Notes: generated by a model not told the origin, from the sequence alone. Shown: positions 29,795 through 39,724, counted from the stretch's first letter. The stretch: DNA of 64,000 nucleotides from Firmicutes bacterium UBA911 (GCA_002294005.1 DBEH01000005.1:19475-83474); one strand, 5' to 3'. Made by a program: numbers and translations.

Positions 29795-31599
29795 TTCTGC
29801 CCGATGCTCAAGACCGACATGAAGGCCTCCTGGGGGATCTGGACGTGGCCCACCTGTTTCATCCGCTTCTTGCCTTCTTTTTGTTTCTCGAGGAGCTTGC
29901 GCTTGCGGGTGACGTCGCCGCCGTAGCACTTCTCCAGCACCGCCTTGCGCAGGGCGCGGATATTCTCCCGCGCGATCACCCGCGGCCCGATGGCCGCCTG
30001 AATCACGATCTCGAACATCTGCCGCGGGATGAGGTCTCTCAGCCGCTCCACGATGACCTTGGATCGGTGGTAGGACCGGTCCCGGTGGACGATGATCGAA
30101 AGGGCGTCCAGCCGCTCCCCGGTCACCAGGATGTCCACACGCACCAGGTCGGACGCCCGGTAGCCCAGGAGGTCGTAGTCCATGGAGGCGTAGCCGCGGG
30201 TGGCGGATTTCAGGCGGTCGAAGAAGTCGTAGATGATTTCGGCGAGCGGCATCTCGTAGGTGATCAGCACCCGGCGGGTGCTGATGTACTCCAGGTTCCG
30301 GAAGGTGCCCCGGCGGTCCCGGCACAGCTCCATCACCGGCCCGATGTAGTCCTGGGGCGAAAGGAGCGCGGTGAGCACGAAGGGCTCCTCCAACTTTTCG
30401 ATCTCCCCGGCCGGGGGCATCTCGGACGGGTTCCGGATTTCCAGGACGGCGCCGCTCGTCCGGGTCACCCGGTACACCACGCTGGGCGCGGTGGTGATCA
30501 GGTCCAGCCCGTACTCCCGTTCCAGCCGCTCCTGGATGATCTCCATGTGCAAAAGCCCCAGAAACCCGCACCGGAAGCCGAAGCCAAGCGCCGTCGAGGT
30601 CTCCGGCTCATAGACCAGGGAGGCGTCGTTCAGGGAAAGCCGGTCCAAAGCGTCCCGCACCTTTTCAAACTCGGCCCCCTCCACGGGGAACAGGCCGCAG
30701 TACACCATCGGCTTCGCCTTCCGGTAGCCGGGCAGCGGGCCGGCGGCCGGGCGGCGGGCGGCGGTGACCGTGTCGCCCACCCGGCAGTCCTTGACGTTCT
30801 TGATCCCCGCGGCCATGAAGCCCACCTCGCCGGCGCGCAGTTCATCCACCGCCACCGGCGCCGGGGTGAACACGCCCAGCTCGCTGACCTCGAACTCCCG
30901 GCCGGTGGCCATCATCCGGACCGGCTCGCCCGGGGAAAGCCGGCCGTCCACCAGCCGGAAGTAGGCGATGACCCCCCGGTACAGGTCGTAGTGGGAATCG
31001 AAAATCAGGGCCCGCAAAGGGGCCTCGGGATCACCGCCGGGCGGGGGGACGTCCCGGACGATCCGTTCCAGGATTTCCTCCACCCCGTCCCCGCGCTTCG
31101 CCGAAGCCAGGACGGCGTCCGCGCCGTCCAGGCCGATGACATCCTCCAGTTCCCGCCGCACCCGGTCGGGCTCGGCGCTCGCCAGGTCGATCTTGTTGAT
31201 GACCGGGATGATGGTCAGGTTGTGGTCCAAGGCCAGGTTGACATTGGCCAGCGTTTGGGCCTCGATGCCCTGGCCGGCGTCGACGACCAGCAGGGCCCCC
31301 TCGCAGGCCGCCAGGCTCCGGGAGACCTCGTAGGAAAAATCAACGTGCCCGGGGGTGTCGATCAGGTTCAACTGGTAATCCCGGCCGTCGCGGGCCCGGT
31401 AGGCCAGGCGGACCGCCTGCAGCTTGATGGTGATGCCGCGCTCCCGCTCCAGGTCCATCTGGTCCAGCACCTGCTCCTGCATCCGGCGCCCCACGAGCGC
31501 CCCGGTGTGCTCCAGCAGTCGGTCGGCCAGAGTCGATTTGCCGTGGTCGATATGGGCGATGATACAGAAATTGCGGATTCGGTCGCGCTCCACTGGCAT
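29791..31599 (-). CDS. lepA: elongation factor 4
   Basis: [49 protein letters not shown]. Confidence 0.98.
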   Translation of the reverse strand: MPVERDRIRNFCIIAHIDHGKSTLADRLLEHTGALVGRRMQEQVLDQMDLERERGITIKLQAVRLAYRARDGRDYQLNLIDTPGHVDFSYEVSRSLAACEGALLVVDAGQGIEAQTLANVNLALDHNLTIIPVINKIDLASAEPDRVRRELEDVIGLDGADAVLASAKRGDGVEEILERIVRDVPPPGGDPEAPLRALIFDSHYDLYRGVIAYFRLVDGRLSPGEPVRMMATGREFEVSELGVFTPAPVAVDELRAGEVGFMAAGIKNVKDCRVGDTVTAARRPAAGPLPGYRKAKPMVYCGLFPVEGAEFEKVRDALDRLSLNDASLVYEPETSTALGFGFRCGFLGLLHMEIIQERLEREYGLDLITTAPSVVYRVTRTSGAVLEIRNPSEMPPAGEIEKLEEPFVLTALLSPQDYIGPVMELCRDRRGTFRNLEYISTRRVLITYEMPLAEIIYDFFDRLKSATRGYASMDYDLLGYRASDLVRVDILVTGERLDALSIIVHRDRSYHRSKVIVERLRDLIPRQMFEIVIQAAIGPRVIARENIRALRKAVLEKCYGGDVTRKRKLLEKQKEGKKRMKQVGHVQIPQEAFMSVLSIGQK

Positions 31600-31776
31600 A
31601 TTTTGACGCTCCAGTCGATAAGGTCTCCGGCAGACGTGCGCGCAAGCCGCCGCTGAACCACAGGCGGCAAAAGGCCGCGTACCCGTCGAACCACCGGCCA
31701 CTCTATTATAACAGCCGGGACGACCAAGGATGAAAGATGAAGGTTTGACCACCCGCCGCGATGTGAGCGTGCTGGT

Positions 31777-32955
31777 TTACCCCGCTGCCTCTTCCACCAC
31801 TTCATTGTAGACCGCCTCGATCCGGGCCATGCTTTTCTGCAGTTCGTGCTGCACCACGTTTTCCAGGCTGCGCCGGCCCATCCGCCGCCGCATCTCCTCG
31901 TTCTCCAGGAGCAGGCTGATCTTGGCCGCCAGATCCTGTTCGTCTCCGAAGCGGAAGAGAAGCCCGTTGTCCCCGTCAACGATCAGTTCCGGCAGGGCCG
32001 CCGCGCGAGCGGCGACAACCGGCAGCCCGGAAGCCATCGCCTCCAGGGTGACGATGCTCTGCGTTTCCATCCCGGACGGGATTACAAAACAGGCCGCCAG
32101 CTGGTACATCCGGGGCAGAAGTTCATTGTTGTACTCCAAAGGCCCCAGCAGCGTGACACTGTCGGCGAGCTTATCCTTTCTAAGGCGCTTCCTGAGTGCT
32201 TCCAAGAGATTACCGCCCCCGCAGAGCACAAAGTGGACTTTGTGCCGGGCCAGCACGATGGGTACGGCCCCGATCAGCGTGTCCAGGCTTTTCTCCGGGT
32301 CTATCCGCCCCACGTAGAGCACTATCGGCCGGTTGGGCAGATGGAGCGCCGCACGAATGCCGGACGGCGGCTCGTACGCGAAGAAGCGGTTGAGGTCCAC
32401 GCCGTTTGAAACAACCTTTATTCGGGTGTTCAATCCCGCCGGTTCCAATTGGCTCCTTGCCGTCTGACTGGGAGTGATCACGCACTGACAGGAATTATAA
32501 AACCTGGCCATTCTTCTCGTGACCCACCGGCGCAGGGGGCCGTGAAACGGTTTTAAAAACCGAAGATAGGCCAAAACGTAATCCAACGTGAAATGATGGC
32601 TGATCACCACGGGAATACGTCTCTTTCCGGCTTCGCTCAACAGGGCGCAGCCGATGGACGTGGGATCCTGAAGGTGAATGACATCCGGAGAGCACTGATC
32701 CAGGATTTGTCCCGCCAGAGCGCGCGGGAAAAAGGTGACCCGAAAGCCCTTGCGAAAGGGATTTGGAAAGGAGCCGATCCGCTGGACCGTCAAGCCCTCC
32801 GCCAACTGTTCCCGGTAGCTTTGGCGACCGGGTGAAGGAACAATCACCGTCACTTGGTGCCCCTTCGCCGCCAGGTGGCAAGCAAGGTTCATCGTGGTGA
32901 CGGCCACACCCGAAACATTGGGGTAAAAAGACTCTGATCCGATAACAATCTTCAT
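31777..32955 (-). CDS. GT4 family glycosyltransferase
   Basis: ESFYPNVSGV, NGVDL, YVGRIDPEK, ETQSIVTLEAMASGLPVV. Confidence 0.9.
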   Translation of the reverse strand: MKIVIGSESFYPNVSGVAVTTMNLACHLAAKGHQVTVIVPSPGRQSYREQLAEGLTVQRIGSFPNPFRKGFRVTFFPRALAGQILDQCSPDVIHLQDPTSIGCALLSEAGKRRIPVVISHHFTLDYVLAYLRFLKPFHGPLRRWVTRRMARFYNSCQCVITPSQTARSQLEPAGLNTRIKVVSNGVDLNRFFAYEPPSGIRAALHLPNRPIVLYVGRIDPEKSLDTLIGAVPIVLARHKVHFVLCGGGNLLEALRKRLRKDKLADSVTLLGPLEYNNELLPRMYQLAACFVIPSGMETQSIVTLEAMASGLPVVAARAAALPELIVDGDNGLLFRFGDEQDLAAKISLLLENEEMRRRMGRRSLENVVQHELQKSMARIEAVYNEVVEEAAG

Positions 32956-33076
32956 GGCACCGACGGTCCTGTTCAATGGAATCGGCAGTGTCCGGGAGAA
33001 ATGCCGAAGACTCTCAAGCTCGGTCTGATTCGGATAGCGCAGGCCCCAGACTGCTGTTATATTCGCTGCCTAATAC

Positions 33077-33373
33077 TTAATTCTTGCCTCCTCGAATAAA
33101 AATATGCCGGTCCCCCAGGTCAACATAGTGGCCCGGGTGGTTCTTCGGCGCCGTCCACCAGGAATGGTCGCGCGGTATTTCCAGCACGAGGTCCACCCCC
33201 AGCACGGTGCAGGCCAGCCGTGTGTCGTCCAAGCGGTGGAATTCGACCGCCCGGATCGGCGTGGGCGGGGCGAGAAAGTGGTTCAGGTAGTAAAGGCAGG
33301 TCCCGGTGCCCCAGACCAATACGGACACAGAAAGCAACAGCACCAGGATAATCCGGGCTCTCGTGGCGCCCAT
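33077..33373 (-). CDS. small membrane-anchored hypothetical protein
   Basis: GGAGGTGAGG RBS, N-terminal TM helix. Confidence 0.6.
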   Translation of the reverse strand: MGATRARIILVLLLSVSVLVWGTGTCLYYLNHFLAPPTPIRAVEFHRLDDTRLACTVLGVDLVLEIPRDHSWWTAPKNHPGHYVDLGDRHIFIRGGKN

Positions 33374-33418
33374 CGCCTCACCTCCATACCGTTCCTATTA
33401 TGCCCACCCTTGGTTGCT

Positions 33419-34435
33419 TCAGTCCTGGTCGTCGGGGCGGTCATCGAGGACCGCCGCCAGGATGTCGGCCAGGAGCTCGGCGGTGCGCAGCACTTCTTCC
33501 GTGTGATTCGCCACACTGCCGACCTCCACGAGCAGGGCTCCCGGATGGAGAAACTGGTTGTACCGCCCCTCCTGGACTCTCGCCCCCAAGCAGAGGCCCG
33601 GGTACAGCTCCTGGGACTTGGCGGCGACGGCCCGGGCGAGTTCGTAGTTCTTTTCCCAACCGGGAAACGGCTGGCGGGCGTCGGAGCCGACGACCAGGAG
33701 GATCGTGGCCACCTCCTGGCCCCCGATCTCGGTCACCTTCCGCTCCCGGCACGTTACGCTGTCCCGGTGCAGGCCGATCAGCATCTTGAGCCCGGGGTGC
33801 TCCTCGACCATCCGGCGCGCGGTCTGCTCCGATTCCAGGTAGGAACGGCTGTAGGGCACGTCGTGCCTCGTCTCCGAATGGACCACCCCCAGGCCGTGCC
33901 TTTCCTGGAGCGCCCTTTTGAGCACCCTTCCGACTTCCACCACCGCTCCGGGCTTCTCGTCGAACCGTTCCACCCCGTCGGTCAGCGGGTAGGTTTCACC
34001 GGTGTGGGTGTGGTAGATGCCCACCGTAACCGCCCCGGTCCGCCCGGGAACGTCCCGCACCCCTCCGGACGCCTCCACCGGAGACGGAGACACCACCGTG
34101 GAAACAGGCTCGGGAGTACGGGTCCCGGCGGGCAACGACATCTGGCGGGCGATCATCCGCCCGGGATCCCTCAGGTCGGCCCGGGCCACTCGCTCCAAGA
34201 CCCCGGCCGCCAGACCGCCGGGATCAACCGGGGAAACGCCCATCCAGACCGGCAGAATCGTGTTCACGACCTTTTGCGGTTCACGGGTGCTCCATTCCAG
34301 GAAAGCCCCGCTCCCGGCCCTGGCCAGGTTCATTGCTCCGGGGAACACCCAGGTCCAAACCAGCAGCAGACAAAAAAAGAGCACACTGACTGTCCGGCGC
34401 AGACCAATCCCCCCCTCTCCGGATGTGTACGCCAC
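33419..34435 (-). CDS. spoIIP: stage II sporulation protein P (amidase/endopeptidase)
   Basis: IYHTHTGETY, SYLES, LHRDS, GRYNQFLHPGALLVEVG; true start may be later (CTG at 34402 after GGAGAGGGGG). Confidence 0.88.
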   Translation of the reverse strand: MAYTSGEGGIGLRRTVSVLFFCLLLVWTWVFPGAMNLARAGSGAFLEWSTREPQKVVNTILPVWMGVSPVDPGGLAAGVLERVARADLRDPGRMIARQMSLPAGTRTPEPVSTVVSPSPVEASGGVRDVPGRTGAVTVGIYHTHTGETYPLTDGVERFDEKPGAVVEVGRVLKRALQERHGLGVVHSETRHDVPYSRSYLESEQTARRMVEEHPGLKMLIGLHRDSVTCRERKVTEIGGQEVATILLVVGSDARQPFPGWEKNYELARAVAAKSQELYPGLCLGARVQEGRYNQFLHPGALLVEVGSVANHTEEVLRTAELLADILAAVLDDRPDDQD

Positions 34436-34453
34436 AAAGGGGGGGATTATGTT

Positions 34454-34813
34454 CTAGCGCAGGACTGTGGGCACAAAAGCGTCAATAATGCCGATGACGA
34501 AGGCCGCAATCAGGGCGCCGATGATGTTCACCGTCAAAAGGTCCGGAACGATGAGCTGGGCCAGGTAAATCACCACGGCCGCCACGGCGAAGCCGACCAG
34601 GCCACGGCTCTGGGGCGAAATCCGGTCACCCAGCACCGTTTCAGCCAGCCAGCCGAGAATGGCGATGGCGGCGGCGGCAATCAACGCCCCAAAGAAACCA
34701 CCCGCGACAACGAAGCCGGGAACCAGCCAACTCAATAGGAGAAGTACGATTGCCGAAACCAGGAAACGGACGATCAGCCCGATCCACTGGGTGCGAACTT
34801 TTTGTTCAGTCAT
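34454..34813 (-). CDS. 4-TM membrane protein (phage holin / YvlD-like family)
   Basis: IVRFLVSAIVLLL...VPGFVVAG...GALIAA; ends VPTVLR. Confidence 0.8.
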   Translation of the reverse strand: MTEQKVRTQWIGLIVRFLVSAIVLLLLSWLVPGFVVAGGFFGALIAAAAIAILGWLAETVLGDRISPQSRGLVGFAVAAVVIYLAQLIVPDLLTVNIIGALIAAFVIGIIDAFVPTVLR

Positions 34814-34847
34814 AATTTTTTACACCCCCTTCCCGGAAAACTCTCTA

Positions 34848-34877
34848 TAGCTTTAGCGAAAACCGAATTGGCTATAC
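34848..34877 (-). promoter_or_regulatory. possible sigma-F/G promoter
   Basis: GTATA-N15-GCTAAAGCTA. Confidence 0.45.
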
Positions 34878-34901
34878 ACCGCAAAAAGGCCAATGTCTGG
34901 C

Positions 34902-34930
34902 TTGCATTTTGAAAACTTGCGTGGTACACT
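34902..34930 (+). promoter_or_regulatory. sigma-A promoter of rpsT
   Basis: TTGCAT-N17-TACACT with extended TG. Confidence 0.7.
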
Positions 34931-34950
34931 GCACGTTGGGAGGTGAGACG

Positions 34951-35217
34951 GTGGCACACAGCCGTTCAGCCAAGAAACGAATTGAGACCACCCGCAAGCG
35001 CACCGAGCAGAACAAGAGGGCCAAGTCCGCACTGAAAACGGCAATCAGGCGTTTCGAAGAAGCGGTGCACGTGGATGGACAGGAACAGGCCCGCGAAAAG
35101 CTGCAGAAGGCGCTTGTCTCCATTGATAAAGGGGCATCCAAAGGCATCCTGCACAAGAATACCGCCGCACGCCGGAAGTCGCGCCTGACCAAGAAGTTCA
35201 ACAGCAGCACCGGCTAA
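34951..35217 (+). CDS. rpsT: 30S ribosomal protein S20
   Basis: MAHSRSAKKR...SKGILHKNTAARRKSRL; GGAGGTG RBS. Confidence 0.97.
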   Translation: MAHSRSAKKRIETTRKRTEQNKRAKSALKTAIRRFEEAVHVDGQEQAREKLQKALVSIDKGASKGILHKNTAARRKSRLTKKFNSSTG

Positions 35218-35275
35218 GGCCGGTGTTTCTCCCGGTGTGGGGCCGGCGTTTCTCCCGGTGTGGGGCCGGCGTTTC
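35218..35275. repeat. 23-bp tandem repeat x2.5
   Basis: ggccggtgtttctcccggtgtgg ggccggcgtttctcccggtgtgg ggccggcgtttc. Confidence 0.85.
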
Positions 35276-35292
35276 GGTTTGTTCAGCCCAAG

Positions 35293-35324
35293 AAGCCCCG
35301 GTATTGCGCGGCCGGGGCTTGTTT
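35293..35324. terminator. terminator between rpsT and holA
   Basis: aagccccgg...ccggggcttgttt. Confidence 0.7.
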
Positions 35325-36330
35325 ATTGGCGATTGCCCAGGAGGAAGAAGTCCGAAAGGGCCGGGAGAAAGTCCCGGCGGCCGGTCTTGACGTCGGCATC
35401 GATTTCCAGAAGAGCCGCGCACGCCGCGGCCACCTGGCGGGGGCGATAATTCCGGGCCTGGACCAGCACTTTGTTAATCACAAAGGGTTTGGTCTGCAGG
35501 CGGGCGGCGATGTCGGGCACCGGGAGCCCGGACGCGGCCAGGTCGGGCGCGCAGAGCAACAGGCGAAACTGGCGGGCGAGCATGGCCAGGATGCCAAGAG
35601 ATGACTCGCCGGCGGCGGTCAAGGCCCGAATCCCTTCGATGGCGTCCTCAAAACGTCCTTCGCCGACCGCGTCGACCACCCGGAAGATCGTCTCTTCGTG
35701 CCGCGGGGGCACCAGCACCGCAACGTCCTCAACGGTCACCCGGCCCCTTCCGCCCACGTAGGTCAGCACCTTTTCCAGTTCCACGGCCACACCCTGCAGC
35801 CCCCCCGGAACCGAAGAGAGAAACCGGTCCATCGCTTCCCGGGTGAAGACAATTCCCGATTTCTTCGCTTCGCGGCTCACCCAGCGGGCCGCATCCCCGG
35901 GGGAGAGCGGCGTGAAATCAACGGCCCGGCCGCGGCGTGTGACCAGTTGGTAAAGCTTTTTCCGCCGGTCCACCGGACCGGCTTTTTGCAGCACCAGGCA
36001 AGTTGAGGGCGAGGGGGTCTCCAGGTAGGCTTCAAGCAACTCGCTCGCCAGGCCGGTCTTATGGTCGAAGTAGGGTATATTGCGCACCACCACCAGCCGG
36101 AAAACCGCCAGCACCGGCACCAGGCGGGCGGCCCGCACCACTTCCTCCGGCCCCGCCTCCTCTCCGTCGATTTCGGAAAGGTTGAAGGCCTCGGCCCCGG
36201 CCGTGAGCAGGGCTGATTTTAGCCGCACGATTGCCTGGCGGTGCAAAAACACCTCGTCCCCGTAAAACAGATAGACCGGGGGAATCCGCCCCTCTTCCAC
36301 TTCCCGCACAAACTCTAGGTAGTACTCCAT
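35323..36330 (-). CDS. holA: DNA polymerase III delta subunit
   Basis: PVYLFYGDE, ELEKVLTY, IFRVVDAV, LARQFRLL, DADVKTG; comEC-holA-rpsT synteny. Confidence 0.93.
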   Translation of the reverse strand: MEYYLEFVREVEEGRIPPVYLFYGDEVFLHRQAIVRLKSALLTAGAEAFNLSEIDGEEAGPEEVVRAARLVPVLAVFRLVVVRNIPYFDHKTGLASELLEAYLETPSPSTCLVLQKAGPVDRRKKLYQLVTRRGRAVDFTPLSPGDAARWVSREAKKSGIVFTREAMDRFLSSVPGGLQGVAVELEKVLTYVGGRGRVTVEDVAVLVPPRHEETIFRVVDAVGEGRFEDAIEGIRALTAAGESSLGILAMLARQFRLLLCAPDLAASGLPVPDIAARLQTKPFVINKVLVQARNYRPRQVAAACAALLEIDADVKTGRRDFLPALSDFFLLGNRQ

Positions 36331-36331
36331 C

Positions 36332-36430
36332 TTACCTTCCCAACTTCTTCTCGACCGCCCGGACCTTGCCCGCAATGGTCAACTCCTTGTCCCGGCGCTC
36401 GTCGATCTTGATGGTGGTCGCCACCGCTCG
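36332..36430 (-). pseudogene. 3' remnant of MTH1187/YkoF-like thiamine-binding protein gene
   Basis: Manual translation RAVATTIKIDERRDKELTIAGKVRAVEKKLGR*, typical of this family's C-terminus; 5' part missing at the repeat. Confidence 0.7.
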
Positions 36431-36433
36431 AAA

Positions 36434-36497
36434 ATAGAATTTGGGATGAACATTTTCATTCCCGCAAGAGCGACGGTGAATCGTCGTGAACAACTCC
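36434..36497. repeat. comE-region repeat copy 1
   Basis: atagaatttgggatgaacattttcattcccgcaagagcgacggtgaatcgtcgtgaacaactcc. Confidence 0.85.
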
Positions 36498-36502
36498 TCC
36501 CG

Positions 36503-38959
36503 CTAAGCAGCAGGCTTCAAGTCTTTCCGCTCCCGGCCGGTCTCAATCTCCAGGGAACGTCCGTCCGTCCTGACGATCACCGCGCCGTCCAGATCGGTGC
36601 GGTAAACCGCGGCACCCAAATCCTGAAGTACTTCAAGGGTACGGGGATGGGGGTGGCCGAACGGATTCGCACGGCCGACCGTGATCACCGCCACGGACGG
36701 CTGGACGGCCTGAAAGAAATCCGGTGTGAAGGCGCCGCTGCCGTGGTGCGGCACTTTCAGCACGTCCGCCCGGACCTCCTGCCCCAGGGTCAGGCGCGCC
36801 TGACCCTCCTGCTCCACGTCCCCGGCAAACAGAAAACTCCTGGCCCCGTGGTCCAGCCGGAGGACCACCGAGTTGTTGTTCAAATCGCCCCGGGTGCCGG
36901 AAAGCAGGGGAAAGGCGGGCGCAAGCACCTTCAGAATAGTTCGCTGGTCCACCCGCAGGCAATCCCCGGCCCAGACCTCGAACACCGGAATGTTAGACCG
37001 TTCAATCTCTTCCAGCAACGTTAAATAGGCCGGATTGGGTTCTTCACGTCCGCCACCGGGGGCAACGGCAACATTGCGCACTTCAATATTGCCGACAACC
37101 GCCCGAACCCCGCCGGCGTGATCGTCGTGGGGGTGGGTGATCACCAGGATATCAATTTGGCGCACTCCGATCCGCCGGAGGTAGGGCACCACCACTTTCT
37201 CCCCGGCTCCGGGTTCACCGGCCATCTCCCCCCGCCAGCCGCCGGCGTCGATCAGGACGGTCGCACCGGTACCGGTCCGAATCAGCGTGCAGTCGCCCTG
37301 CCCCACATCCAGGAAGTGCACCTCAATGTGGTCCCGGCCGGTGGGTTCCGTGGGCCAGATCAGGAAGGCCAAGCCGAGGAAAAGGCCTACCCCCAGCATT
37401 CCCAGAGTACGCCGCCTGGACCCGCCCACCAGCGCCGCCGCGCCCGGCCATCTTTCCCGCCAGGGGGTGGCTCCGGTAAAGGCGCCCAGCCCCCAGCAGG
37501 CCAGGTACCAGAAGCCGACCAGCAGCAAAGGAGGCGTGGGCACGTAATAATAGGCCCCTTTGAGGCCCGCAAAGAACTTGACCAGGGCCAGGAAAAGATC
37601 GACCAGGGCCCCGGTGGCCGGTCCGGTCAGCCAGGCCGCGGCCGGCAGGAAGGCGCCGAGCAGGGCGCTGATGAAACCGAGCACAAAGATCAGCCCGACG
37701 AGTGGTACGGTCACCAGGTTGGCCAGCAACGATACCGGGGAAATCAAATTGTAGTAATACGCGATCAGGGGGAGGATGCCCAGTTGGGCGGCCAGCGGCA
37801 CGGCCACGAACCAACCGGCGGCCGGTTTCCACCAGGAAAGGCGCCGGGCCGTCGCCAGCTGGTCGAGACCGCGGACGATTAAGGGGCCCAGGTACAGGAT
37901 CCCCCAGGTGGCGGTGAAGGAAAGCTGGAAACCGGGATCGTAAAGGCTCAAGGGGTTCCCGAGGAGGATCACCAGCGCGGCCAGCGCCAGAGCGGTGGGC
38001 CAGTCCCGAAGGCGCCCCATCTGGTAGGCGACGAGCAGCAACAGCGCCATGACCGAAGCACGGATAACGGGCGGTTTGAACCCCACCATCACCGCGTAGA
38101 AAGCCAGCACCGCCACCACCATAATCAGGGTCCACTTCGGGTTTAAGTGCCCGAGACGGGTGAAAAACAGCACCAATCCCACCAGAAAACCGACGTGCAG
38201 TCCGCTGACACTGAGGATGTGCACCACACCCGTGACGGTGAAGGCCTCGTTCATCTCGGGCGTGATCTCACCCCGCACACCCATCGTAATACCCCGGACG
38301 AGGGCGGCGGCACCGGGTTCCAGCGCCCGTTCCAGCCCCGCCGACAGCCTCTCCTTGGCGGTCAGGGCCAGATACACCACATAGTTCCCCCGGTCCACAC
38401 CGATGCGCTCGATCGCGCCCGTGCCGGACACGTTCATCTTGAAGGCCACACCCTGGCGCTCCAAGAAAGCCCGGTAGTCGAACTCCCCGGGATTGCCGGG
38501 ACTCACCGGAGTCCGGAGTACGCCCCGGACCTGCAGCAGGTCTCCGTAGCCGTAAACCGCGTCCGGTTCGCGGTGGCTGACGACCACGCGCCCGCCCGGA
38601 TGCGTCACCTCGTTGCCCTTCCGGACCTCGTGCACCGCGAGGATGTAAATCACCCGGTCCGGGCGGACATCGGCGTCCCTTATCACCGCCCCTTCCAGGA
38701 TTACGGCGGAGTTGTCCCACGCCGCCAACGCAGAACCGGTCCGATCGACGGTCAACCCGGTCACCACAACGCCAAGAACGGCAAACAGCGCCAGGATCAA
38801 CACCGGCGCCGCCTTTTTGACTGCGAAGTAGGCAATGGACGCCACTGTCAAAGCGGCCCCTGCCGATAGAAAAAGATGGTCGCCGTACAGGTGGAAACGC
38901 CCGGCCAGGAACACGCCAAATCCGTACAGTACCGCCATCATTACCAAGGGCCTGTTCAT
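36503..38959 (-). CDS. comEC: competence channel ComEC/Rec2
   Basis: NPGEFDY, HILSVSGLHV, GFQLSF, DVGQGD, THPHDDHAGG, KVPHHGS, NPFGHP. Confidence 0.96.
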   Translation of the reverse strand: MNRPLVMMAVLYGFGVFLAGRFHLYGDHLFLSAGAALTVASIAYFAVKKAAPVLILALFAVLGVVVTGLTVDRTGSALAAWDNSAVILEGAVIRDADVRPDRVIYILAVHEVRKGNEVTHPGGRVVVSHREPDAVYGYGDLLQVRGVLRTPVSPGNPGEFDYRAFLERQGVAFKMNVSGTGAIERIGVDRGNYVVYLALTAKERLSAGLERALEPGAAALVRGITMGVRGEITPEMNEAFTVTGVVHILSVSGLHVGFLVGLVLFFTRLGHLNPKWTLIMVVAVLAFYAVMVGFKPPVIRASVMALLLLVAYQMGRLRDWPTALALAALVILLGNPLSLYDPGFQLSFTATWGILYLGPLIVRGLDQLATARRLSWWKPAAGWFVAVPLAAQLGILPLIAYYYNLISPVSLLANLVTVPLVGLIFVLGFISALLGAFLPAAAWLTGPATGALVDLFLALVKFFAGLKGAYYYVPTPPLLLVGFWYLACWGLGAFTGATPWRERWPGAAALVGGSRRRTLGMLGVGLFLGLAFLIWPTEPTGRDHIEVHFLDVGQGDCTLIRTGTGATVLIDAGGWRGEMAGEPGAGEKVVVPYLRRIGVRQIDILVITHPHDDHAGGVRAVVGNIEVRNVAVAPGGGREEPNPAYLTLLEEIERSNIPVFEVWAGDCLRVDQRTILKVLAPAFPLLSGTRGDLNNNSVVLRLDHGARSFLFAGDVEQEGQARLTLGQEVRADVLKVPHHGSGAFTPDFFQAVQPSVAVITVGRANPFGHPHPRTLEVLQDLGAAVYRTDLDGAVIVRTDGRSLEIETGRERKDLKPAA

Positions 38960-38977
38960 CCGCTCTCCCCATTCAGC

Positions 38978-39000
38978 AAAAGGGGTCAGGCCCCCTTTTT
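38978..39000. repeat. short palindromic repeat
   Basis: aaaaggggtcaggcccccttttt. Confidence 0.7.
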
Positions 39001-39022
39001 CGCCACCTTTTCTCCTCCGAAG

Positions 39023-39086
39023 ATAGAATCTGGGACAAACATTTTCATTCCCGCGTGAGCGACGATGAACCGTCGTGAACGAATCC
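39023..39086. repeat. comE-region repeat copy 2
   Basis: atagaatctgggacaaacattttcattcccgcgtgagcgacgatgaaccgtcgtgaacgaatcc. Confidence 0.85.
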
Positions 39087-39093
39087 CCCTGAT

Positions 39094-39666
39094 TTAGTAG
39101 GTGGTGGCCATGTCGCGCAGCCCTTCGAGCCGTTTCTCACCGATCCCGGACACGTTCATCAGGTCGTCCACCGAGACGAAAGGGCCATTTTGCTCCCGGT
39201 ACCGGATAATCCGTTCAGCCAGGGCCGGGCCGATGCCGGGCAGTTTCTCGAGTTCGGCCCGGTCGGCGGTGTTGATGTTGATCCGGGAATCGCCCGCCCC
39301 GGCAGGGGCACTGCCTCCCGGCACCGTCCCTTCGGCATCCGGCGCCCGGACCCGGGGCACCAACACCTTCTGGCCGTCCTGCAGCGGCGCGGCCAGGTTC
39401 AGGGCCTGCAGGTCGGCCGAAGGCAAGGGACGGGCCATTTCCACCGCGTCCACCACCCGGGCGCCCCTCTCGACCCGGTACACGCCGGGGGCGTTTATCT
39501 CCCCGGCTACGTGGACCAGGAGCGTCGCCTGCTCCTTTTCCCCCGCCTGTTCGAGAACCGGAAGCTCGGGCGGCTTGAATCTGGCCTGAGCGTAGACATA
39601 GCCCAAACCGAAGACAATGGCGGCCGCCAATACCAGGGCGGCCAACTGCTCGCGGCGTCCGAACAA
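39094..39666 (-). CDS. comEA: competence DNA receptor ComEA
   Basis: TM anchor, SLBB (VHVAGEINAPGVY, NLAAPLQDGQK), HhH (ININTAD, LPGIGPALA, VSGIGEK); start inferred downstream of promoter. Confidence 0.95.
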   Translation of the reverse strand: MFGRREQLAALVLAAAIVFGLGYVYAQARFKPPELPVLEQAGEKEQATLLVHVAGEINAPGVYRVERGARVVDAVEMARPLPSADLQALNLAAPLQDGQKVLVPRVRAPDAEGTVPGGSAPAGAGDSRININTADRAELEKLPGIGPALAERIIRYREQNGPFVSVDDLMNVSGIGEKRLEGLRDMATTY

Positions 39667-39697
39667 GGTCCTCACCTGCCCGGTAGTTGCCCTAACG

Positions 39698-39724
39698 ATT
39701 CTTCTTTTTCCACCAAATTCCTGC
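39698..39724 (-). promoter_or_regulatory. sigma-H promoter of comEA operon
   Basis: GCAGGAATT-N11-GAAGAAT, consensus match. Confidence 0.7.

Noticed and set aside
28649-30571. 640-aa ORF suggesting an extended HemW
   Set aside because: The extension overlaps lepA out of frame; the real start is GTG 29794 at the lepA stop.
34454-34813. Prophage remnant suggested by the holin-family gene
   Set aside because: No other phage genes; it lies in a core sporulation locus.
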